A stretch of 64,000 nt of DNA from a virus, in the IMG/VR virus record IMGVR_UViG_3300027963_005443; one strand, written 5' to 3'. How positions within the stretch are numbered: the stretch's first letter is position 1; each line of letters begins with the position of its first letter. The notes under the pieces were generated by a model. The model saw only the letters and a program-made list of their open reading frames with translations, was not told the origin of the DNA and did not search any database. Positions 10,470 through 19,963 of this stretch are shown here, one piece after another. Made by a program: the position numbers and the translations under genes.

Positions 10470-11891
10470 ATGCAAAACAAATTAATAATAAGCAACGACT
10501 ACAGTTATTTCGTAAGCGATAATATTGAAATAAAATCTGTTCTCAATGGATGTCTAAAGTTCAGGGAAAAGAACTATTATCATAATCGTCGCTATAAAAT
10601 GAAATTATGGGATGGCTATACAGAGTTCTTCCAAAAAGAAACCGGAAAGTTTTTAACAGGATTGATGCCTGAAATAAAAGCTGTCTTAAAGGCAAAGAAC
10701 ATACAATATACAGTCGAAGATAATAGAAATAAAATAAAATTCATTTACGAAACAGTAGATAAGAATTTTGGAAGCACATGGAAAGAAGAAAGAAACATAG
10801 AACTTTATGATTATCAAGTAGATTTTATAAATCAAGTTATAAAACACAATAGGGGCGTAATATTCGCTCCTACGAGCAGCGGTAAATCAGCCACTATGGT
10901 TGGCATATTAAAGTGTATACCCCCTAAAACTAAAATACTGGTGTTACAGAATAGATTAAGCCTCGCCAGTCAGAATTATGATGAAATAACCGGTTGGGGC
11001 TTTGAAAGTGTGGGCAAACTTTGGTCAGGAAAGAATGAGCCCGGTGATATAATGGTGGCGAATGTGCAATCAATAGCAAAAATAGAGAAACAATTATCTG
11101 GGATACAGGTGCTTCTTGTCGATGAAATACATGACATGATGAGCAAACTGCCTAAGGCGGTATACAGAAGATTAAAAAACTGTCCTGTTCGAGTTGCTCT
11201 AAGCGCAACTCCTTTTAAATTTGGAGAGACAGATAAGGTTCAAAAATACTTTGTGAAAGGTTTCTTTGGCCCGGTTTTAAAAACTACAACCACAGAAACA
11301 GGAATATTGACAACCCAAGAATTGCAAAATAGAAAAATATTATCTAAATCAAAATGTACTTTCTATGAAGTAAATGAGCCGCAAATACCTCACGATGTCT
11401 ATCTAGATGCCGTGACCCGGGGAATAGCGGAGAATTACACATTTCATAAAATGGTGGTAAAACTTGCAAAATCTTTAAAAGGAAGAACCCTTATCTTGGT
11501 TGATAGGATTGCGCATGGAGATGTGTTAAACAATATGATCAAAGATAGCATATGGGTGCAAGGTAAAGATAATATGAAAACTAGAAAAGAAGCAGTTAAA
11601 ATATTGCAAAAAAGCAAAGGCAATGTAACTATTTTGGCCACACAACAGATATTCAATACAGGCATTAATGTATTTGTCCATAACCTAGTGAATGCTGCTG
11701 GCGGGCAGGCAGACCATCAAATAATACAGAGAATGGGTCGAGGTTTACGAACAGCCGATGATAAAGAAATACTAAACTATTATGATTTCGTATTCAATAT
11801 AAATAAATATCTACAGCAACATAGCGAGAAAAGAATAAAAATTCTTACTAAAGAGGGACATGAGGTTAAGATAGAGGAATTTAAAAACTAG
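10470..11891 (+). CDS. uvsW: UvsW-like SF2 helicase
   Basis: N-terminal WDG motif, PTSSGKS, VDEIH, SATP, QRMGRGLR. Confidence 0.88.
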   Translation: MQNKLIISNDYSYFVSDNIEIKSVLNGCLKFREKNYYHNRRYKMKLWDGYTEFFQKETGKFLTGLMPEIKAVLKAKNIQYTVEDNRNKIKFIYETVDKNFGSTWKEERNIELYDYQVDFINQVIKHNRGVIFAPTSSGKSATMVGILKCIPPKTKILVLQNRLSLASQNYDEITGWGFESVGKLWSGKNEPGDIMVANVQSIAKIEKQLSGIQVLLVDEIHDMMSKLPKAVYRRLKNCPVRVALSATPFKFGETDKVQKYFVKGFFGPVLKTTTTETGILTTQELQNRKILSKSKCTFYEVNEPQIPHDVYLDAVTRGIAENYTFHKMVVKLAKSLKGRTLILVDRIAHGDVLNNMIKDSIWVQGKDNMKTRKEAVKILQKSKGNVTILATQQIFNTGINVFVHNLVNAAGGQADHQIIQRMGRGLRTADDKEILNYYDFVFNINKYLQQHSEKRIKILTKEGHEVKIEEFKN

Positions 11892-11903
11892 TAGATCTTA
11901 GTT

Positions 11904-12776
11904 TTACTTAATATCCCCTATTTTACCTTGTGGGGCAAAGCCAACATCTCCTGGCTTAACATCGGTTGGAACCTCTGCATTGGCAATATCATATTCGCCA
12001 TAACCGCTATCCCATTTCATCTGAACTGGTGCGGTTTGATTATTAAAGCTGTTCCACCACGATTCCTCTGACTCTGTTTCGCTGTCTGTTGCGACTTCCT
12101 CTTTTTTTACTTTTTTGCTTTTATTCTTTTTAAGAATTGCATCTTGCAATGCCTTGGGAAGTTTCTTTTGTTTTTCAGTAAGTCCTTCTTCATCTTCATC
12201 TTCATCTTCATCTTCATCTTCATCTTCATCTTCATGCTTTTTACTTTTATTCTTTTTAAGAATTGCATCTTGCAATGCCTTGGGAAGTTTCTTTTGTTTT
12301 TCAGTAAGTCCTTCTTCTTTTACCTCTTCTTCGTCTTCGTCTTCGTCTTCGTCTTCGTCGGATTCTTCGTCTTCGTCTGAGTCTTCGTCTGAGTCTTCGT
12401 CTGAGTCTTCGTCAGAATCCTCTTCATCATGTCCACCATCTTCATTATCTTTTCTTTTATCTTTTTTATCATCTTTTTTCTCCTCTTTCTCTAGGTCGGC
12501 GTCGTCTTCATCTGAATCCATTTTCTTGCTACTGCAGGCACATTTGCTACATTTACTGCATCCACACCCACCAGAACCGGGTTTATCTTTTTCAGCGGCA
12601 ACCTTAACGATCTCGCCGTCCTCTTCGTCTTCTTCGACATCTACATTTTTCTTTTCTTCTAACTCTACACCAGTTGGGGCCGCTAGACCTACATTCTGCA
12701 TGGGTCTCAAACCCAGATTAAAAGCAGATGAAAAAACTGACTCGTTTAGATTTTTCCAGTCCTTGTAACTAAGCAT
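11904..12776 (-). CDS. Acidic low-complexity protein with duplicated motif; possible head core or scaffold-like protein
   Basis: MLSYKDWKNLNE start; long D/E tracts; GLTEKQKKLPKALQDAILKKNKSKK occurs twice. Confidence 0.7.
   Translation of the reverse strand: MLSYKDWKNLNESVFSSAFNLGLRPMQNVGLAAPTGVELEEKKNVDVEEDEEDGEIVKVAAEKDKPGSGGCGCSKCSKCACSSKKMDSDEDDADLEKEEKKDDKKDKRKDNEDGGHDEEDSDEDSDEDSDEDSDEDEESDEDEDEDEDEEEVKEEGLTEKQKKLPKALQDAILKKNKSKKHEDEDEDEDEDEDEDEEGLTEKQKKLPKALQDAILKKNKSKKVKKEEVATDSETESEESWWNSFNNQTAPVQMKWDSGYGEYDIANAEVPTDVKPGDVGFAPQGKIGDIK
12118..12317. repeat. 74-nt perfect direct repeat, 2 copies (12118-12191 and 12244-12317), among (TCTTCA)n/(TCTTCG)n microsatellite
   Basis: Direct comparison of the two segments. 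Confidence 0.9.
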
Positions 12777-12830
12777 TATTTCTACCTCTTAAAAAAGATT
12801 ATAAATTTATATATGCAATAAGATGCTTTT

Positions 12831-13205
12831 TTATTGTGACAAAAAATTAATAAATTGTTCTTTGCCTTTATAACCAACTATATTTTTCTCTATTTCTCCG
12901 TTCTCGTCCAGAATAAAGACTGCCGGTACTGTTTTGACTTTATATTTTTTAACCATATCCAAATCTTTTTCGATATCAGAATGAAGTATAATATAGGATG
13001 ATAGGATGTTCTTGACATCATCATCATTATTTATTAAATTTTCAAGTTTTTTGCACCAACTGCAGTATTTTCCAGAAAATAAAATAATAGTCTTTTTATC
13101 CTCTGATTTAGCTAATTTAACAGTCTCTGTTGTCATGTCTTGGGAGAAACTGGCGCCTTGGATAATAAATAATGATAAAAATAAGTAAATAAATATTCTG
13201 TTCAT
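12831..13205 (-). CDS. Thioredoxin-family protein with signal peptide
   Basis: CSWC active site, VKTVP cis-Pro motif, hydrophobic N-terminus MNRIFIYLFLSLFIIQGASFS. Confidence 0.85.
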   Translation of the reverse strand: MNRIFIYLFLSLFIIQGASFSQDMTTETVKLAKSEDKKTIILFSGKYCSWCKKLENLINNDDDVKNILSSYIILHSDIEKDLDMVKKYKVKTVPAVFILDENGEIEKNIVGYKGKEQFINFLSQ

Positions 13206-13244
13206 ATAAAAATCCTTCTATTGAATGTCTTAGATATATTATAT

Positions 13245-13895
13245 ATGCCTAAAAAAATAATAATAGCGTTACTAACATTGTTAATTCTGCTTGTTTACTT
13301 TAAAAAAACAGAAAATATACCAAAAATAGATATAAAACATATAAAAAAAATAAATAATTTCTATTCAAAAAATTCAAATATAACAATATCAAAATACTTT
13401 ATAAAAGAAAAATACACAGCTTCTATATTTTTGGAGGGTGACAATTTTAGAATATTAGCTTATAAAAAAAACAATTTAGAATTAGATGTAGGTTGCAATC
13501 AAAAATATTTCTGGTACTGGGATTCGGCTCAATCTTTAATGTATTACTCGGATAGAGCTGCAGCTCCTATTGTATTCAACCAAGTCTTAGATCCAGATTG
13601 TTTTTTAAATTTATTTAACAATGAATCTGGGGTGGTGAAAATCAATGATAAAAAAGTATCAACCACATTCGATGAAAAAAATACAATATATAAAAAAATC
13701 TATAATCTTGAAGATGCAATAATATTAAAAGCACATGTAATCTATCAAGACAATCTTCCAAAAGAAATAGTTTTATTTTATACAGAGAATAGTGTGTCTA
13801 TACAAATAGAAATAAAAGACGTTGTTGCCAACAAAAAATATGACAACAACGTCTTGGAGATTCCAGATATTAAATCAGAAAAATTACTTCCCTAA
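13245..13895 (+). CDS. Membrane-anchored protein, possibly LolA-like fold
   Basis: N-terminal TM segment IIIALLTLLILLVYF; beta-rich body with NFRI and DVGCNQKYFWYW. Confidence 0.55.
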   Translation: MPKKIIIALLTLLILLVYFKKTENIPKIDIKHIKKINNFYSKNSNITISKYFIKEKYTASIFLEGDNFRILAYKKNNLELDVGCNQKYFWYWDSAQSLMYYSDRAAAPIVFNQVLDPDCFLNLFNNESGVVKINDKKVSTTFDEKNTIYKKIYNLEDAIILKAHVIYQDNLPKEIVLFYTENSVSIQIEIKDVVANKKYDNNVLEIPDIKSEKLLP

Positions 13896-14093
13896 AGCCT
13901 TTTTAATGGCCTCTTGTCTGATTTTCTCGACCTCTCTCTTGTCCAAAGATAATCCAGCTGGACTCTGTGGAGCCGATCTTGGATTAAGATTTTGAGTACT
14001 GACTATGCTTCCATTTACCCTTGCTTGGGTAACATTTGGAACAATTGCTGATCTTGTATTTCTGCTAGCATTTTTGCCACATCCACATCCCAT
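13884..14093 (-). CDS. Small protein with MGCGCGK N-terminus
   Basis: Strong SD AAGGAGG upstream; 69 aa. Confidence 0.75.
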   Translation of the reverse strand: MGCGCGKNASRNTRSAIVPNVTQARVNGSIVSTQNLNPRSAPQSPAGLSLDKREVEKIRQEAIKKALGK

Positions 14094-14145
14094 GATAATC
14101 CTCCTTGTTTAATTTGGGTGTATAATCGACCTAATAATATATATG

Positions 14146-14178
14146 AAAAAACCCCCCAATTTTATTCGGGGGGTTTTA
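14146..14178 (-). terminator. Rho-independent terminator
   Basis: AAAACCCCCC-loop-GGGGGGTTTT hairpin with T-tract on the minus strand, downstream of 14207..14491. Confidence 0.8.
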
Positions 14179-14206
14179 TCAGAGATAATTTTAATTATAA
14201 AAATTA

Positions 14207-14491
14207 TCAAACAGCAATTGGACGTCTCTTTGTTCTACGAGGCTTTGGCGGAATTGACATTGAAGCCTTCTTGACGATTGCATTACCCTTCTCAATAATC
14301 TTAACCTGGTTGAAGCCGAACCTCTTTGCAATGGTTTTGGCAGCAGTAATCAGGGCAGATCTTGTCTGAAAATGGGTGGAATCACCCGTTCTCTTCTGAA
14401 GCTTCGTTGGGCAAAGCCCATCGACATTTACAATACCTTCGAACCAAGACTTGCCAGAAACAACCTTAACCTTCATAGTCGAATTAGACAT
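14207..14491 (-). CDS. Small basic hypothetical protein
   Basis: 94-aa K/R-rich ORF with its own terminator. Confidence 0.7.
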   Translation of the reverse strand: MSNSTMKVKVVSGKSWFEGIVNVDGLCPTKLQKRTGDSTHFQTRSALITAAKTIAKRFGFNQVKIIEKGNAIVKKASMSIPPKPRRTKRRPIAV

Positions 14492-14639
14492 AAATTAACC
14501 TTTCAAAAAGTAATTAAATTAAAGAATCATTTCTTTAATACGACTATTATACACATAAAAATAACAAAATCAATAAAAATTTTTGAAACCTAAATACTAT
14601 ATAATTAAGATTCTGATTCTGAGATTAAAGGAGATAATT

Positions 14640-14882
14640 ATGAAGAATTTTATTGATTGGGCCGGAGAAAACAAAAAAGAACTTCCCCTATTCAATCTCG
14701 ATGAAAAAACACACAGAGGCTCAATTGCAACGTGGGCATACCCAGATGCCGCTGCACGAGCGCAGTATCCAGCCGGATACTTCCTTCCAATAGCAGCCGA
14801 CGCCATGTTCAAGCTATTTGGAGACAAAGCTAAAAAAGATAAGTCACTGGAAACAGCCCTAGAGGATAAGGCTGCTGAGTGA
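14640..14882 (+). CDS. Hypothetical protein with CTS-like N-terminus
   Basis: SD AAGGAG then MKNFIDWAGE; ACTATATA at 14596-14603. Confidence 0.75.
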   Translation: MKNFIDWAGENKKELPLFNLDEKTHRGSIATWAYPDAAARAQYPAGYFLPIAADAMFKLFGDKAKKDKSLETALEDKAAE

Positions 14883-14897
14883 GTTTAAATTACAATT

Positions 14898-14940
14898 AAA
14901 AACAGCATAGGCTACAATTAATAGCCTATGCTGTTTTGTT
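14898..14940. terminator. Bidirectional rho-independent terminator
   Basis: AAAACAGCATAGGCTA / TAGCCTATGCTGTTTT inverted repeat between convergent genes. Confidence 0.85.
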
Positions 14941-15056
14941 TATAAAGCCAGGATTTTAGTCTTACAAAAATCCCGGCATAAAATCTACGGCCCTGGATAA
15001 AGTGGGTACCCGCTACCACAGACCACAAAGGTCTCCAATTTCAAGGCGTAAGATTA

Positions 15057-15470
15057 CTAAAATATCTTTATATATTTCATCCCTAGACTTTGAGCTATTT
15101 TGTACGAATCTTCTGAAAAAACTGCCAGTGGTTGATTTTTAATAAAATCACCATTAGCAATTAACATAGAAAATGCAAGTGTAGCAAAGCCCTTTCTCCT
15201 ATGGGCAGGAAGGGTGAATGCATGATAAGCTTGAATTTTATTCCATTGACTTGAGGACGCCCAGGATACCATTAATCCTTTATCCTCGACAATTGACAAT
15301 TTTTTCAAGCACCTGGAATTTTTTCTATTAATAAGTTGCTTTTTTAATTCAGAATCATCAAGTGTTAACTTATTAATAAAAATTTCATTTTCTTTTTCAG
15401 TAAGATTATAGGCGGCTGCTGTCTTGCAGACTAATTTAGTCTCAAGAAAGTTCTGCGTCGATAATATCAT
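15057..15470 (-). CDS. Putative GNAT acetyltransferase
   Basis: Motif A-like FTLPAHRRKGFA; start uncertain (overlaps uvsX end). Confidence 0.55.
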   Translation of the reverse strand: MILSTQNFLETKLVCKTAAAYNLTEKENEIFINKLTLDDSELKKQLINRKNSRCLKKLSIVEDKGLMVSWASSSQWNKIQAYHAFTLPAHRRKGFATLAFSMLIANGDFIKNQPLAVFSEDSYKIAQSLGMKYIKIF

Positions 15471-16659
15471 CGATGTTTTCATCCTCGGAGACCGTGGTTT
15501 CAACAACATCACCTGATATCTCGAAATTAATAGCACCCATATAAGGCTCCAAGTATTCTTCTATTTGTTGCCTGGATTCAGCATCTATTAACTTTGGATT
15601 TTTAAGCAATATTTCCATTGGAATATCGTTTCTCTCCATACTGGACTTAAACTTATTGCTTTCTTTATCCTCTCCCAAATAATCATCTTTAATTATGAAA
15701 TTACCAGCACTCTTCGCTTCAATTCTATCTGCCTCTAGTAGACAGCTCAAGAGGCCTGTGAGAGGATTAATACCCTTGTCAAAAAGCAACTGAATACCTT
15801 CTGACTCAACAAAGGGACGATGAGTCTTATTCTTTACATTTTTAATTTTAACATTAACACCTAAAATTTTTGCTTTCTTAGCAGAAATTTTTCTTTCTAT
15901 TTTTCTCTGAGTCTGCGGACGAAGACGACAACTGGCGTAGAATGGCAGGGCGTTGCCACCACCGGCAGTAGTTTCTGGATTGCCATACATCACGCCTATT
16001 TTATCTCTAGTCTGGTTCAGGATGATGACAGTGGCACCAGTAGATTCCATAACGCTGTTCAACTTCCTGAACTCTCTGGAGCAGATTTTGGCACGCTCGC
16101 CGGGTTGTTCATTTCCACCAACGATTTTTTTGTATGTGGCCTTGTCATAATCTTCTGGGAGATCTACCTCTCTGAGTTCTCTAGCGCTGGGGCTAACGCC
16201 AATTGAATCATATACGATTACAATTGGAACATCTTTCTTTACCTTTCGAACTTTTTCAATAACGGAATACATCTTGGCAAAAACATCCTCTAAGGATTGA
16301 GGAGTATATCTCAATATCTTCCCGAGATCACAATGGCTTGCCTTTTTAATAAATTCTTTATTTGCACTATTTTCACAGTCAAGAAGGACCGGGACTCCAC
16401 CCATCTTCTGGCAGCCGAAAAGAATATTTGTACCAAATAGACTCTTGGCGCTACTAGATGGTCCGTATATTTCGGTTAATTTACCACCGGGAATACCGCC
16501 TCCCATAAATTTACCGCTACAAATATAGTTTAGAGCAAGACTTCCTGTGTCAATAAAGTAGTTCACACTATCAATCTTCTCGAGAACGTCGCCGCCAGTT
16601 TGGCTCGCAATGTCCTGGAAGAAGGAGTCCATATCATCATTGTTTTTTCTTTTAGCCAT
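15442..16659 (-). CDS. uvsX: RecA/UvsX recombinase
   Basis: DTGSLALN, EIYGPSSSAKS, IVYDS, LNQTR, TAGGGNALPFYAS. Confidence 0.93.
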   Translation of the reverse strand: MAKRKNNDDMDSFFQDIASQTGGDVLEKIDSVNYFIDTGSLALNYICSGKFMGGGIPGGKLTEIYGPSSSAKSLFGTNILFGCQKMGGVPVLLDCENSANKEFIKKASHCDLGKILRYTPQSLEDVFAKMYSVIEKVRKVKKDVPIVIVYDSIGVSPSARELREVDLPEDYDKATYKKIVGGNEQPGERAKICSREFRKLNSVMESTGATVIILNQTRDKIGVMYGNPETTAGGGNALPFYASCRLRPQTQRKIERKISAKKAKILGVNVKIKNVKNKTHRPFVESEGIQLLFDKGINPLTGLLSCLLEADRIEAKSAGNFIIKDDYLGEDKESNKFKSSMERNDIPMEILLKNPKLIDAESRQQIEEYLEPYMGAINFEISGDVVETTVSEDENIDDIIDAELS

Positions 16660-16678
16660 CTTAATTATTCCTTTTAAT

Positions 16679-16727
16679 AAAAAAAGACCGTGGGATCAAA
16701 GGACCAATTTCTTTTGATCCCACGGTC
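16679..16727 (-). terminator. Rho-independent terminator after ssb
   Basis: GACCGTGGGATCAAA / TTTGATCCCACGGTC 15-bp stem followed by T-run on the minus strand. Confidence 0.85.
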
Positions 16728-16752
16728 AGACTCACACGCAACACTTTAGTTT

Positions 16753-17709
16753 TTATAGATCATCTATTTCTTTGAGAAATTCATCATCCGCCATGACTTC
16801 TTCTTCAACTGCTGTGGAGGAAGGAGCGGAATCTAAACCTAGATCTACCTCTTCCTTGGGCTTGGCAGTTTTCTTTGATGCAGATGCAGATGAAGTAAAT
16901 TCACTCGCATCAAAATCTTCATTCGAACCATCTTCAACTAGGCCCAAATGAACCTTCAATGCATGCTTTAGTTCATCTTCAGACTTCAAGACTCGTATAG
17001 ACTGGAGGTCGTGGAGATTGCTCAGCCAATTTTCAACTTCCTTTGGCTCGCCCAGAGGGGAAGCTTCAACAAACTTGGACTGGTCGTAGTTTGGATAATC
17101 TCCAACTATCTTCTTGACAAGCTTGAAATCCCTTCCTGTCTTGGGGTTGGTGATGTCACCCAATGCTTCTTCTCCGGCAGCTTCATCCCCAACGATTGCC
17201 CGCATAATCATGCCATGGATTGTCTTTCCGCAGCTAAATATCTTGGGACCAATATTCTTAACCATTTCACCGGTTTTAATGTCTTTTTCTTGACGAACTA
17301 TAACATTATAATAGTATCGCTCAATTCCCTTTAGTTCACGATATTGATTTCTAAGTTCATCTTGAGCCTTACCAGAGACTTTTTCACTCTTGGCCCAAAG
17401 ATCCCTGAGATACTTATCGATAATGCTATTATCACCGGTCCATCTAAGACCCTTGTCAGTCTTCGTCAGTTGCTTTGGGCTAAAGAAAACTCTTTTGTTC
17501 CCATTATTGTCTCTGAGCATGTGGTACTTGGCAGCACAGAACAGCGGCTCACCCTTTTTTCGGGGCAAAAATCGAAGAACAATAAAAGAATTTCCGTCAG
17601 GCATACGGACATAATTATTGTTGCCCTCAGAATTTTGTTGACCCTTGGAATTAACTCTACCCGATTCCAGTTCAATTTCACTTAGATCTAACGCATCATA
17701 GTCAGCCAT
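16753..17709 (-). CDS. gp32: Single-stranded DNA-binding protein (T4 gp32-like)
   Basis: LRFLP, YYYNVIVR, KIFSCGK, DITNPKTGRDFKL, YPNYDQSKF, acidic C-terminal tail. Confidence 0.88.
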   Translation of the reverse strand: MADYDALDLSEIELESGRVNSKGQQNSEGNNNYVRMPDGNSFIVLRFLPRKKGEPLFCAAKYHMLRDNNGNKRVFFSPKQLTKTDKGLRWTGDNSIIDKYLRDLWAKSEKVSGKAQDELRNQYRELKGIERYYYNVIVRQEKDIKTGEMVKNIGPKIFSCGKTIHGMIMRAIVGDEAAGEEALGDITNPKTGRDFKLVKKIVGDYPNYDQSKFVEASPLGEPKEVENWLSNLHDLQSIRVLKSEDELKHALKVHLGLVEDGSNEDFDASEFTSSASASKKTAKPKEEVDLGLDSAPSSTAVEEEVMADDEFLKEIDDL

Positions 17710-17771
17710 GATATTTTCTTTCTTTATTTGAGTTCAAGAATAAACGATAAGTAGATTATAACAAGTTTTTT

Positions 17772-18143
17772 TCATTGTTCAATAGCAGGGATATTTTTTT
17801 CTTGCTCTTGAGTTTCATCTTGAACAATCGAATCTGTCATTTTCTCTTTTTGCTCTTTTTCTTTGAGATATTCCTGTTCTAAAGCCTCTAATATCTTTAA
17901 ATTATTTTCTAATTTAGCCTTTATTGCTTCATCCTTCATTTTTTTAACATCTTCTCCTGTGGGATTTCTCAAAAAAGGTTTTTCTTTTCCGTTTTTAAGT
18001 CCATACTCAGTCTCAAATCTAATTTGATCAATTCTTTCTTTTTTTCTCTGATCCCTGAAGGCTTTCCTACGAGCCAAGACCCTCGCTCGTGATTTTAACT
18101 TTTTATTTTGCTTTTTTCTCTCTTGTTGTTTTTTAGTAGCCAT
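17772..18143 (-). CDS. Basic hypothetical protein
   Basis: K/R-rich 123-aa ORF in the operon. Confidence 0.7.
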   Translation of the reverse strand: MATKKQQERKKQNKKLKSRARVLARRKAFRDQRKKERIDQIRFETEYGLKNGKEKPFLRNPTGEDVKKMKDEAIKAKLENNLKILEALEQEYLKEKEQKEKMTDSIVQDETQEQEKNIPAIEQ

Positions 18144-18149
18144 AAATTT

Positions 18150-18830
18150 TCACCTTATAGATGGAATGTTGTCGTTAATTACGCCGCCCCACGAAAGGCC
18201 ATCAGAACCTTTTTGTTGGGATAGTTCCGTGTGAGGAACAAAGAAAATATCAAGCACCAATTGCTCTCTATTTTTATCATCATTAATTGTATAAATATCA
18301 TTGATTCCATTCGGTGATTTCTTAATGCCAATGATATCATAAACTCTATCCGGTGTAAGTTTTACTCCCTTTTGAAGAAGCTCTATGTGTTGCTGAGGCT
18401 CCGGGGCATACATTAGCTTCCTAATTGTTCTCTTTACAACATTTTGTTGGGGAAGTGGATGAAACTTCTGAACTGACAGCTCGGATTCAAGATTTTGATC
18501 GTCTCTAGGCGGGAATGCTATCGGGTCTTCATTTTCTTCCTTCATATTAATTTCAAAGTCATCATTAAAAATAAACTTTTTATTTTTAATTACTATTCCA
18601 GATTTGGTTTCCTTGAAACTAATTTTTTTCTTAGATATTTCATATATCTCAACATCATCAACCCAGATATCCCTACGGGCCAACTGCATCATTATAGCGG
18701 TGGCAAGTTTTTCTATAGGAGTCTCTTCATATGGATCTCCTATTCTCTTTTTAAAAGACAGTACCTCATCAGAAGATTCTTCTTCGGCTTTTTTTCTTTT
18801 TTTATAGTAACAAATTATTTCATATCCCAT
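18150..18830 (-). CDS. Hypothetical protein
   Basis: Start moved to MGYEII, immediately after the upstream stop. Confidence 0.7.
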   Translation of the reverse strand: MGYEIICYYKKRKKAEEESSDEVLSFKKRIGDPYEETPIEKLATAIMMQLARRDIWVDDVEIYEISKKKISFKETKSGIVIKNKKFIFNDDFEINMKEENEDPIAFPPRDDQNLESELSVQKFHPLPQQNVVKRTIRKLMYAPEPQQHIELLQKGVKLTPDRVYDIIGIKKSPNGINDIYTINDDKNREQLVLDIFFVPHTELSQQKGSDGLSWGGVINDNIPSIR

Positions 18831-18831
18831 T

Positions 18832-19440
18832 TTATTTCTCCAAAATTCCAACAGAGTATTTTGTGCCAAGTACTTTATATTCTTTTTTGTAGCCAATTGC
18901 AATATTTAAAAATATTTCTTTATTTTTATTGGCGCTCAAATTATTAAAAACAAGATGTCCCTTATTTTTTAATCTCATATAAGCATACTCTACTGCAGAA
19001 AAAAGATCATCGTAACCGCCTTGAGCATTTACAATAATTAAATCAAAATCTTTTTTATCAAAATAATCTAAAAATTCTTGATCAAAAAAATTTCCACAAT
19101 AATAATTGAAGTCCTTTTTATAATTTGTTTTTAAATTACTAATTGCCAACTTTTCATTGTATGAATCTTTTGTTTTCTGTTGGAGTGCAAGGAAATACTC
19201 GACAGACTTACAAGACTTTAAAAAACAACTACTGATGAGGCTTAAATCGAATCCCATTTCAAAGAAACAGGTGGGATTTATATGTTTTCCCAAGTGATAA
19301 AAAAAAGGTATATAAAAAGGATCGTTATAAATAATAGATTTTTTATCATTTTCATTTAAAAATTTAAATCTACTGGTCAAAACTTTTGAGGTTATTATTC
19401 CCTTAGATATATCTTTTTCTATATTGTCCAAATATTTCAT
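18832..19440 (-). CDS. Putative class I SAM-dependent methyltransferase
   Basis: FFEMGFD motif I-like and FDLIIVN strand pattern; degenerate. Confidence 0.5.
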   Translation of the reverse strand: MKYLDNIEKDISKGIITSKVLTSRFKFLNENDKKSIIYNDPFYIPFFYHLGKHINPTCFFEMGFDLSLISSCFLKSCKSVEYFLALQQKTKDSYNEKLAISNLKTNYKKDFNYYCGNFFDQEFLDYFDKKDFDLIIVNAQGGYDDLFSAVEYAYMRLKNKGHLVFNNLSANKNKEIFLNIAIGYKKEYKVLGTKYSVGILEK

Positions 19441-19961
19441 TGTATTTTATTTCCGTGAACTCTTAAAAAGTTATTAATATCTGCGAGGAGTTCAATATTT
19501 TGTTCAACTTTTTCTTTCGGCCAATTCCACCATTTTATTTCCAACAATTGATCTATTATATTTTGTTCAAATCTATATCTAATTATTTTAGCAGGATTTC
19601 CAGCAACAATAGAAAATGGTGGCACGTTTTTGGTCACAACAGCTCTGGCTCCGACTATCGATCCGTGACCAACAGCAACACCACCAAAAATCATAGACTC
19701 CGTTCCTATCCAGCAATCGGATCCTATTTGAATTGAACCTTTATCCTTGCCTGATGGAAAATTAGAATCTGGGTAGTATGATTTGAATCTAAAATTACAT
19801 ACGGTTGGATGATCTACAGATGCGTGGTCTATTGGGCCTCCACACAAAAATGTAACCTTTCGAGCAATACCCGAGTAATTGCCAACAACTATTTGTCCTT
19901 TAGGAAAATAAATTAAATAATCTTTACCAATGGTTGAAAGTGTTCCGAGTTTAATTGGCAT
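19437..19961 (-). CDS. CatB/Vat-like hexapeptide O-acetyltransferase
   Basis: IGSDCWIG, GAVVTKNVPP, AGNPAKIIRYRF, LLEIKWW. Confidence 0.9.
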   Translation of the reverse strand: MPIKLGTLSTIGKDYLIYFPKGQIVVGNYSGIARKVTFLCGGPIDHASVDHPTVCNFRFKSYYPDSNFPSGKDKGSIQIGSDCWIGTESMIFGGVAVGHGSIVGARAVVTKNVPPFSIVAGNPAKIIRYRFEQNIIDQLLEIKWWNWPKEKVEQNIELLADINNFLRVHGNKIQ

Positions 19962-19963
19962 AA

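Noticed and set aside
12115-12768. 217-aa poly-Ser ORF on the + strand
   Set aside because: Antisense shadow of the D/E-rich gene 11904..12776
14985-15052. tRNA gene
   Set aside because: No T-loop GTTC, no 7-bp acceptor stem and no CCA end; kept only as a possible ncRNA
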